Assembly (NCBI GenBank): GCA_038523095.1
Contig: JBCBJS010000025.1
Span: forward strand, 153-64,152
DNA length: 64,000 nt
Source of the DNA: Cyanobacteria bacterium J06626_6
GTDB taxonomy: Bacteria > Cyanobacteriota > Cyanobacteriia > Phormidesmidales > Phormidesmidaceae
Direction: 5' to 3'
Below the pieces are notes generated by a model, which saw only the letters and a list, made by a program, of their open reading frames with translations, ran no database searches and was not told where the DNA came from. This document shows, piece by piece, positions 1 to 7,325 of this stretch; within the stretch, counting starts at the first letter, position 1; each line of letters opens with the position of its first letter. The position numbers and the translations under genes were made by a program.

Positions 1-207
1 CTGAAAGGTTCCCCTAGTTAGCATTGCCAGCTCTTCAAAAAAACGTTGAAGGCCTTCTAATCCGCGATAGTCGCCCTCAAGATCTGGCATTTGCGGATTG
101 AAGAAATGCCAGACAAAATTCTCTGCAAAAATGTCTGCTGACTGTGCAACATTAGCAGGATCTAGGCGATTAAAAAGAGAAACATTGGGGTGCTCAGCTG
201 TCCACAT
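1..207 (-). CDS. SnoaL-like / NTF2-fold protein, 3'-partial (runs off the left edge)
   Basis: Not in ORF track; my translation from ATG 207: MWTAEHPNVSLFNRLDPANVAQSADIFAENFVWHFFNPQMPDLEGDYRGLEGLQRFFEELAMLTRGTFQ. The FAENFVWH...YRGLEGLQRFF pattern is typical of SnoaL-like proteins. Confidence 0.65.
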   Translation of the reverse strand, partial: MWTAEHPNVSLFNRLDPANVAQSADIFAENFVWHFFNPQMPDLEGDYRGLEGLQRFFEELAMLTRGTFQ

Positions 208-283
208 TGTTTGTTCGCTCCGTTGAGATAAATATCACATCAATATCACGTCCTTATTTCAGACCACTATCTCTTCAAATCCC

Positions 284-297
284 ATGACCTTTGTCAT
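284..297. promoter_or_regulatory. Palindromic operator ATGACC-TT-TGTCAT, with half-site ATGACG at 306
   Basis: 1 mismatch to ATGACA-N2-TGTCAT; 77 bp upstream of the SnoaL-like start. Confidence 0.65.
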
Positions 298-363
298 ACT
301 TTTCCATGACGAAACGCCATAAAACAGAAAGAACAACTCGCAACAACACAAGTCCATACTTCC

Positions 364-585
364 TTACTTTGAAACGGCGTAGCTGAGCAGCAGAACATCT
401 TTTGCTTTTACTTGAGAGCCAATAAGACTGAGTGCAATAGCATCTTCACCTTCAGCTGCTAAGTCATTGAAGAAACCCTTCTGCGTGGCACTCCCGAATA
501 GAAACGGATGCACTAAAAGATGAATCTCATCTACCAATCCGGCTCGTAGCAGCACTCTTAAGTCAGCGCCATTCGACTAAAAATG
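364..585 (-). pseudogene. RibD C-terminal / dihydrofolate-reductase-like protein remnant
   Basis: LLRAGLVDEIHLLVHPFLFG matches the RibD_C tail motif. An in-frame TAG lies 7 codons upstream of the GTG at 555, while FLVE (cf. LLVEGG) is read in another frame. The N-terminal two-thirds is missing. Confidence 0.6.
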
Positions 586-670
586 ATTATCCAACCCAAT
601 CCAATGACAAAAGTCGCTAGGTTAATGGCGCGTTCCTAAGACACAGAAAAACCGGGCCATGGGAATTCCC

Positions 671-684
671 ATGACTTTTGTCAT
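671..684. promoter_or_regulatory. Palindromic operator ATGACT-TT-TGTCAT (degenerate copy ATGACAAAAGTCGC at 604-617)
   Basis: 1 mismatch to consensus; 57 bp upstream of ORF 741. Confidence 0.65.
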
Positions 685-740
685 CGACTTTACAGCGCGT
701 TTTTGGTTAAACAGAACTCAAGATAGATTAAAAAAATCAG

Positions 741-1139
741 ATGACTTTCTTACTCATTCGTCGAACCTTTGGCATCTTTTGGTTTGCTGCTTTAGTCGTC
801 CTAACCGCTTTGATCATCATCGTTATGGATGCCAATGCTGAGAGTATCAGTAGCGCCCTCAAACTTCCTTATCTCTCTTCCATCGCGATGCTGTCATTGC
901 CGATAACGTTAGTTGCGATGCCGTCATTTTTGTTTTTTCGGAAAAAGCGCTGGATGCTTGGGACATGGGCAGCGGTTATCACATCTCTCTTCAGCTGGGC
1001 CCTACTGCAGGCACTACAAACCACGCTCATTGCGCTATCTCCCACAGAAATCGCCGTCTTATTTCCGAAGGTGGTTGCAGTCTTAGGTGGCTGGACGATA
1101 CTAATTTCTTTGCCACCTGCACTATTACTAGATAGATAA
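741..1139 (+). CDS. Hypothetical integral membrane protein
   Basis: 132 aa, about 4 hydrophobic segments, ATG start downstream of an operator. Confidence 0.6.
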   Translation: MTFLLIRRTFGIFWFAALVVLTALIIIVMDANAESISSALKLPYLSSIAMLSLPITLVAMPSFLFFRKKRWMLGTWAAVITSLFSWALLQALQTTLIALSPTEIAVLFPKVVAVLGGWTILISLPPALLLDR

Positions 1140-1279
1140 ATACTAATGTAGAGCACTTGATTGAGCGATAACGACAAGAATGCAGATATAACGGCGTATT
1201 TTCAGCGTCTTCAGTCTCGGCCCGTGTTTATGAGAGTCGTGCAGCAGAGTCATGCAGCAAAAGTGAGGTAGATGAAATA

Positions 1280-1930
1280 ATGCAGAATCGTAAACTGTTG
1301 TTATCAAAGAGTCGTAAGGCTAACCATCAAAATCGCCTGCTGACAGGTTCTCAGCAGGCAGCCGCGGCTAAAGCGCTGGGCGCAGCTTTTTCGCGAGATC
1401 CTTTCATGTCCTATGTCTTTCCCAACGCGATCGCCCGTGAGAAAAACATCGCCAGCGTCTTTCTTCCTTTAATCCATTGCAATCTAGAGTACGGCAATGT
1501 AGAAGCCACTCAAAATGGAGAGGGCATTCTCCTCTGGATATCTGGTGAGAGCCTTCCTCTAACGCTGCAGATGCTTGTTCGCAGCGGCATGATTTGGACG
1601 CCCTTTAAAGTGGGTCAAGCAGCTTTTAACCGGCTCAATAGTCATGAAGATTTTTGCGACCAAGCAGTAGAGAAGCATGCACCTAAAGGATTCGCCTATA
1701 TGTGGGTGGTCGGCGTGCATCCTAACGCTGCTGGCAAAGGAATTGGCAAACAGATGATTCAGTCAGCAATCAGTACGATGCAACGTCGCGGTCATTCGGC
1801 CTGCATTCTCAGAACAGACAACCAAAAGAATGTTGCACTCTATGAGCATCTTGGCTTTGAGCAAATCCACAATGACATAGAGCCCCGCAGTCAGCTGCCA
1901 TTTTGGCTACTATCGCAGGCGCTCATTTAA
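1280..1930 (+). CDS. GNAT family N-acetyltransferase
   Basis: Acetyl-CoA motif VGVHPNAAGKGIG, followed by N...VALYEHLGF. Confidence 0.85.
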   Translation: MQNRKLLLSKSRKANHQNRLLTGSQQAAAAKALGAAFSRDPFMSYVFPNAIAREKNIASVFLPLIHCNLEYGNVEATQNGEGILLWISGESLPLTLQMLVRSGMIWTPFKVGQAAFNRLNSHEDFCDQAVEKHAPKGFAYMWVVGVHPNAAGKGIGKQMIQSAISTMQRRGHSACILRTDNQKNVALYEHLGFEQIHNDIEPRSQLPFWLLSQALI

Positions 1931-2003
1931 AGCAGCTTGCCAGGCCCTGAGCGCGATTCACACCGCTGTTGATCGATTTAGGTGAAACTCGTACGACACT
2001 CAT

Positions 2004-2017
2004 ATGACAAATGTCAT
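2004..2017. promoter_or_regulatory. Palindromic operator ATGACA-AA-TGTCAT
   Basis: Perfect consensus, upstream of the S9 peptidase remnant. Confidence 0.7.
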
Positions 2018-2066
2018 CAAAAGGAATGGCTTTTAGGTCTGTAGATGGATTTTCTGGTTCGCTAAA

Positions 2067-2885
2067 TTGCAGGCTGTGTGTTGTTTTTTGAGTGAATTAT
2101 CCACTATGAGACGATTTCGTTTAGGGATAGGTTTGTTCGCAGTCTCTGTTGGGTTTGCCTTCGAACCGATCAGCCATTTATCGCCTGTTCAATCACAAAC
2201 GGTAGCGATCGCACAAGATTCAGCTGAGCCCATCAGTCTTCAGTCCACGCCGCCGCCACTCATTGAGCGAGAGCTATTCTTTTCAGACCCAGAGATCACG
2301 GGCGCGAGGCTATCACCAAACGGTCAGTTCATCGCATTTCAAAAGCCGCTAGATGGGGTGCTTAACGTTTGGGTGAAGGGTATTGATGAACCGATGGAAG
2401 CAGCCCGCCCTGTGACAGCAGATGCGCAAAGTCCCATTATGATTTATCGATGGAGCGCCGATGGCCGCTACATTCTCTATGGACAAGACACCGGCGGTGA
2501 TGAGAATTTTAGACTTTACACTGTAGAGCCCGAAGTGATCGGCGAGGCGGGCCCACAGCTGGAGCTGCTGGATATCGGCACGGGAGAGACCGAACTAGTC
2601 GAAACCGCTCCTGAGCAGCAGGTTGATTTTGGCGGTGCAATGTTCTCCCCAGCCACAGATGAGCTGGTTGCAACTTACTATGTGGGCGATCGCAGTCGCA
2701 TTTATCCAAAGTCAGATGAATTGAAACGATGCAGTAGGGCACAAGGCGATCGCCAAGGAAAAGGCCAGATGACCCTTGGCGATCGCTGCAGTTGCTCAGT
2801 CGAGAATAGTCGAGAATCAGCCAAAAATCAGTCGAGAATGTATTGCCACAGTAAAAAATACATCGAGATCAACCAAGTGCCATAG
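2067..2885 (+). pseudogene. S9 (prolyl oligopeptidase/acylaminoacyl peptidase) family, truncated: signal peptide plus partial beta-propeller only
   Basis: PPLIERELFFSDPEITGARLSPNG...QDTGGDENFRLY and VDFGG...YYVGDRSRIYPK are S9 N-terminal motifs. Similarity ends near 2720 and there is no GxSYGG catalytic domain. ATG 2106 is an alternative start. Confidence 0.7.
2746..2786. repeat. 13-bp inverted repeat built on two HIP1 sites
   Basis: GCGATCGCCAAGG (2746-2758) / CCTTGGCGATCGC (2774-2786). Confidence 0.8.
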
Positions 2886-3226
2886 AAAACGACTAGCCAG
2901 AGACCGCATAGGCTGACGAACCGAGTTAGCTTGAGCAGCGGTCCTTGACGCCTGTATTCGTCTGTTCTAGAGGCTCTCACGCTTAGCCAGCGCAATACTG
3001 TCACATTGGTCGCCAAAGCAATTGCTAAAGCATTGAGCCCCGCCATCCAATATCTTTCAGGGCGTAACCAGCTCACGGTAGCACCCGCGTTTGTAGCCGC
3101 CGGGACAAAGTTAGGATCTCTCAAGGGCGAAACCCAAAATGCGACGATAGCAACAGTCATCGCAATGATCAACAGTGCATAAGTGCTCATCTTAAAACAG
3201 CGTTCAAGGTGACGAGCTCCAGTCAT
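2828..3226 (-). CDS. Hypothetical membrane protein
   Basis: 132 aa with 3 hydrophobic segments; divergent from devB. Confidence 0.55.
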   Translation of the reverse strand: MTGARHLERCFKMSTYALLIIAMTVAIVAFWVSPLRDPNFVPAATNAGATVSWLRPERYWMAGLNALAIALATNVTVLRWLSVRASRTDEYRRQGPLLKLTRFVSLCGLWLVVFYGTWLISMYFLLWQYILD

Positions 3227-3453
3227 CTTAAATCCTCTACCTATCGTCTTTCTTAAGGCTAACTAATGCCAGTCGATCCGTGAATAATGTATTCCCATCG
3301 TGATGATAGACCTTCGCAACAACAAAGTAGAGCCAAGACGATTCAAAGGGTTCAGCCTATAGATGAGCCATACAGCGACAGAACATACACACAGTAAACA
3401 AGACAAAATAAGGCAAAACATAGTGAAATAGAGGCGGAATGTCATCAGACTAC

Positions 3454-3467
3454 ATGACATCTGTCAT
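3454..3467. promoter_or_regulatory. Palindromic operator ATGACA-TC-TGTCAT, with half-site TGTCAT at 3440-3445
   Basis: Perfect consensus, 53 bp upstream of the devB start. Confidence 0.7.
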
Positions 3468-3519
3468 CGCGATCGCCAAACTATTTGAGCTAAAACTAAA
3501 GACATAACTCGATTAGCTT

Positions 3520-4689
3520 ATGCTAAAAACAATTTCTCCTTTGCGATGGAATCTCCTGCTAGCAGCTGCCACCATCGTTTCTATTGGTTGCACCTCATTT
3601 GACTCAAACACTAACAACAGTGAGGCTACGACTCCTCAGGCGAATATCAGGTCAGTAGTTGCTCTTGGGCGAATTGAGCCAGAAGGTGAAGTGATTCGAC
3701 TATCGGTGTCAAATGCGGCAGACAGCCGCGTTAACGAGATTCGGGTGAGTGAGGGCGATAGGGTAGAAGCGCAGCAAGTCATTGCCGTACTCCAAGGAGC
3801 TGAGCGGCGACAGGCCGACTTGAGTTCTGCCTACGCGCTAGTCAGGCAGCGCCAGGCAGAACTCGCACAGCAACAAAGTGGCAATGTAAAACCAGCCTCC
3901 CTAGAGGCGCAGCGAGAAACCATTGCCCGCCTCAAAGCGCAGCTCAATGCCCAGAGACAACAAAGACTAGCCGCCATCGAAAAAGCACAGGCCGTACTGC
4001 AAGAATCACAGGCAAAATATCAGCGCTATCAAATGTTGGCTAGTGCTGGAGCACTTGAACGTGTGGAGCTAGATGTCGCGCGCCGGGATTATGAAACGGC
4101 CCAAGCGGATTTATCGCTAGAGCGATCTAACCAGGAAGAAACCGAAAGAACCCTCACTGCTCAAATTGCAGAAGAAAGCGCACGACTAAACGAACTCTCT
4201 CAGCCCTTACCCGAAGCCGTTGAGATTGCGTCTGCTCAGCTAGAGCAGGCCCAGATACAAGTTGACCAAAGCCAGGCTGATTTGGACGATGTGCTGGTTC
4301 GAGCACCTGTCGCAGGCCAAATTTTGAAGATAAACACGCGCGTAGGAGAACAAGTGAATACGCAGCAAGGCATCGTAGAGCTAGCGCAAACAGACCAAAT
4401 GATGGTAGTGGCAGAAGTGTACGAAACCGATATCCGCAGAGTGAGCTTAGGACAGACAGTCAGCGTAACCAGCGAATATGGCGGAGTAGAAAGCGCCCTC
4501 ACCGGAAAGGTCGATCAAATTGGCTTGCAAATTGGGAAGGCGAACTTTGGTGAAGAAGATGCTGACCCCACTCAAGATGTTAATGCACGCATCGTGACCG
4601 TTAAAGTGCGCCTAGATGAGGCAGATAGTGAGCGAGTCGCAGCGCTCACAGGTATGCAGGTGAGAGTCTCTATTGACGTAGATGCATAG
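3520..4689 (+). CDS. devB: DevB-type ABC exporter membrane fusion protein (HlyD family)
   Basis: VVALGRIEPEGEVI, V.EGDRV...Q, long coiled coil, VRAPVAGQILKI, VAEVYETDI. Confidence 0.9.
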   Translation: MLKTISPLRWNLLLAAATIVSIGCTSFDSNTNNSEATTPQANIRSVVALGRIEPEGEVIRLSVSNAADSRVNEIRVSEGDRVEAQQVIAVLQGAERRQADLSSAYALVRQRQAELAQQQSGNVKPASLEAQRETIARLKAQLNAQRQQRLAAIEKAQAVLQESQAKYQRYQMLASAGALERVELDVARRDYETAQADLSLERSNQEETERTLTAQIAEESARLNELSQPLPEAVEIASAQLEQAQIQVDQSQADLDDVLVRAPVAGQILKINTRVGEQVNTQQGIVELAQTDQMMVVAEVYETDIRRVSLGQTVSVTSEYGGVESALTGKVDQIGLQIGKANFGEEDADPTQDVNARIVTVKVRLDEADSERVAALTGMQVRVSIDVDA

Positions 4690-4750
4690 TCACCAAAACT
4701 GCATAGTCACCAAAACTGCATAGTCACCAAAACTGCATAGTCACTAAAAC
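4683..4750 (+). repeat. Tandem repeat, 17 bp x4 (TGCATAGTCACCAAAAC)
   Basis: Units at 4683, 4700, 4717, 4734; the first contains the devB TAG. Confidence 0.95.
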
Positions 4751-4767
4751 GACCTACTGAACGCTCC

Positions 4768-6048
4768 ATGTGGAAATCTCTTCTATCTCAGCTCCCTTTC
4801 GTTCGACCGATTGAAAAACCATTGGCCTGGGCGCAGCTCTCCCATCAAAAAGTCCGATTAGCCGTCGCGATTACTGGCGTGAGCTTTGCAAATATTCTGA
4901 TGTTTACAATGATGGGTCTGCAGGCCCTGCTGACTGATGGAGCAACCACCCTGTACGAAAACCTAAAAGGAGACCTTTTTCTAATGTCTTCTTTTAGCCC
5001 TACCCTACGCATCCCGATTGCCATTCCTCGTGCCTATCTACTACAGGCTGATGCAGTGGAGGGCGTGAACATGGCGATGCCGATGTATGTGAGCAACGCC
5101 AACTGGACGGACCCCAGCCAGCTCAAATCGCCTTCAGAACCCCTCTCGACTAATGATGATGAGCCAGAAGGTCCGTCTGCCCAAACATCTGCACAGGAGG
5201 AACCCTCAGGTGATATTTTTGGCAACCAGGTGCGGATAGTGGCTTTTAATCCAAGACAGCCCATTTTCAATATCCCAGAAGTGGAGGAACAGCGCGATCG
5301 CCTGAGCGCAGCTAATTCTGTTCTATTTGACCGCCTCTCTCAGCCCTCCTTAGGAGAGATCCCCGCGCTGCTATCAACTTCCGATAGTGTGCAAACGCTA
5401 ATGGGAGGCCGCCGGGTTAGGGTGGTCGGCCTATTTAGCCTGGGGAGTACCGTAATCGAAAAAGGAACGGTGGTCATGAGCGACTGGAACTACACCCAGT
5501 GGTTCGGGCCGCAGGTGTTGGAGCAGGTGAGCCTAGGAATATTAACCCTAGAGCCGGGTAGCAACGTCGAAGCGGTGCAGGCAACGCTGCGGGACTACCT
5601 GCCGGACACGGTAGATGTGCTGACGATGGAAGAGCTGCTGGCCAAAGAGAGAAAATTCACAGATGAAGATCCTGGGGGCATTATCTTCGGCTTTGGTAGC
5701 ATGGTGGGATTTGTGGTGGGTACTGTGATTGTGTATCAGGTACTGTACACCGATATTAGCGACCACCTGCCAGAATATGCCACGCTGAAGGCGATGGGCT
5801 ACAGCGACGGGGCACTGCTACGAGTGGTGCTGCTGGAGGCCGTTTTACTGGCCATTTTGGGGTTTATTCCTGGATTTGTCACGTCATTGGGGCTGTATCA
5901 GGTGCTGACGGTGATGACTCGGATTCCGCTGACGATGAAGGCTGCGGTTGCCATTCAGGTATTCATGCTAACGCTGGTAATGTGTAATCTGTCGGGTGCG
6001 ATCGCAATGCGCCGTCTCCAATCAGCAGATCCTGCCGACGTCTTTTAG
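4768..6048 (+). CDS. devC: DevC-type ABC exporter permease
   Basis: LAWAQLSHQKVRLAVAITGVSFA, IVYQVLYTDISDHLPEYATLKAMGY, RRLQSADPADVF. Confidence 0.92.
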   Translation: MWKSLLSQLPFVRPIEKPLAWAQLSHQKVRLAVAITGVSFANILMFTMMGLQALLTDGATTLYENLKGDLFLMSSFSPTLRIPIAIPRAYLLQADAVEGVNMAMPMYVSNANWTDPSQLKSPSEPLSTNDDEPEGPSAQTSAQEEPSGDIFGNQVRIVAFNPRQPIFNIPEVEEQRDRLSAANSVLFDRLSQPSLGEIPALLSTSDSVQTLMGGRRVRVVGLFSLGSTVIEKGTVVMSDWNYTQWFGPQVLEQVSLGILTLEPGSNVEAVQATLRDYLPDTVDVLTMEELLAKERKFTDEDPGGIIFGFGSMVGFVVGTVIVYQVLYTDISDHLPEYATLKAMGYSDGALLRVVLLEAVLLAILGFIPGFVTSLGLYQVLTVMTRIPLTMKAAVAIQVFMLTLVMCNLSGAIAMRRLQSADPADVF

Positions 6049-6152
6049 CATTTTTTCTGACTTCTTCTGACACCTTTCTAGCATTTCTTTGACAGTTACT
6101 GCCTCACTAACGCTGTTACCCAATCTATTAATAAACCCAAAAGGATATTCAA

Positions 6153-6857
6153 ATGTCTCCCACGGTAGCCATCGACAATCTCAGCCATACTTTTGGCAAG
6201 GGTCAGCTCTGCCGAAAGGTACTATCAAATATCAGCTTAAGTCTTCATCCGGGTGAGATTGTGCTGCTGACGGGGCCATCGGGAAGTGGAAAAACAACTC
6301 TGCTCACCCTCATGGGCGCTCTGCGATCGGTGCAAACCGGTAGCCTAAAGGTTCTTGACCAGGAGCTCAAGGGCGCCCGAAAACGCAAGCTCGTTAGGCT
6401 GAGAAGCCAGATTGGGTTTATCTTTCAATCTCACAATTTGCTGGACTGTTTGACAGCCGCAGAAAATGTGGAAATGTCTTTGAAGCTACACGATGAATCA
6501 AAGCGAAGTTCTCCCTGGGAGCAGCTACGTCACCGCCGTCGCCGCTCCCATGAAATGCTAAAAACGGTAGGCCTAGGTGAACATATTCACAAGCACCCAA
6601 GTCAGCTTTCTGGCGGCCAAAAGCAGCGGGTTGCGATCGCCCGCGCCCTGGTCTCCCAGCCCAAAATTGTGCTTGCTGATGAACCCACCGCCTCCCTAGA
6701 TAGCCACTCCGGACGAGACGTTGTAAACCTAATTCAACAGCTTGCCCACCATCAGCATTGCACAGTTTTACTAGTCACCCACGACAACCGCATCCTAGAT
6801 ATTGCAGATCGGACTTTGCACATCGAAGATGGACGGCTGTGTCGAATCATCTCATAG
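6153..6857 (+). CDS. devA: DevA-type ABC exporter ATP-binding protein
   Basis: Walker A GPSGSGKTT, LSGGQKQRVAIARAL, LADEPTASLD. Confidence 0.93.
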   Translation: MSPTVAIDNLSHTFGKGQLCRKVLSNISLSLHPGEIVLLTGPSGSGKTTLLTLMGALRSVQTGSLKVLDQELKGARKRKLVRLRSQIGFIFQSHNLLDCLTAAENVEMSLKLHDESKRSSPWEQLRHRRRRSHEMLKTVGLGEHIHKHPSQLSGGQKQRVAIARALVSQPKIVLADEPTASLDSHSGRDVVNLIQQLAHHQHCTVLLVTHDNRILDIADRTLHIEDGRLCRIIS

Positions 6858-6915
6858 AAGCCCTAAAGAAATAGAAGCCCTAAAGAAATAGAAGCCCTAG
6901 AGAAATAGAAACCCT
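6854..6915 (+). repeat. Tandem repeat, 17 bp x about 3.6 (ATAGAAGCCCTAAAGAA)
   Basis: Units at 6854, 6871, 6888, 6905 (partial); the first contains the devA TAG. Confidence 0.95.
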
Positions 6916-6948
6916 GCAACAAAACCAGCTTAAAAAGGAGACTGTCAC

Positions 6949-7242
6949 ATGGGCCGTAGATCTTCAAAACGGAATCCCAAGGTTCGCACTACCGCTACTA
7001 TTTGGGGTGTAGCGACCGGCATGCTAGCTATCTGTATCCCCCTAGTACCTGTTGCTGGAGGGGGCATCATTTTGCCGCTTTTAGTGATTTTGGGTGCAGG
7101 TGGCGGAACAGCAGCAGTGTGGCTATCCCCGGAGCAGACCGGAAAGGAAGAACGGCGTTTAGCCGAAAGGGTAGAGGCTTTAGAAGAACGGATAATCACG
7201 TTAGAAACCATCTGTACGGGCCTTCTGCCAGGTGAAAAGTAG
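6949..7242 (+). CDS. Small membrane protein with C-terminal coiled coil
   Basis: AAGGAG RBS, two hydrophobic segments, then RLAERVEALEERIITLETI. Confidence 0.7.
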   Translation: MGRRSSKRNPKVRTTATIWGVATGMLAICIPLVPVAGGGIILPLLVILGAGGGTAAVWLSPEQTGKEERRLAERVEALEERIITLETICTGLLPGEK

Positions 7243-7325
7243 CCATGACCTCAATTGTTTTTACAGCAGTTCTGAAAGCGGCGTTGCTGAATTGAGGTTG
7301 AGACGAAAGCATCTGTAGCTTTCTC

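Noticed and set aside
3263-3460. 65-aa hydrophobic ORF between ORF 3226 and devB
   Set aside because: Its start overlaps the operator and devB promoter and it has no recognisable motif; could be real but is unsupported.
4683-6915. Tandem arrays as possible CRISPR or mini-CRISPR
   Set aside because: Units are contiguous with no unique spacers, only 17 bp long, and no cas genes are present.
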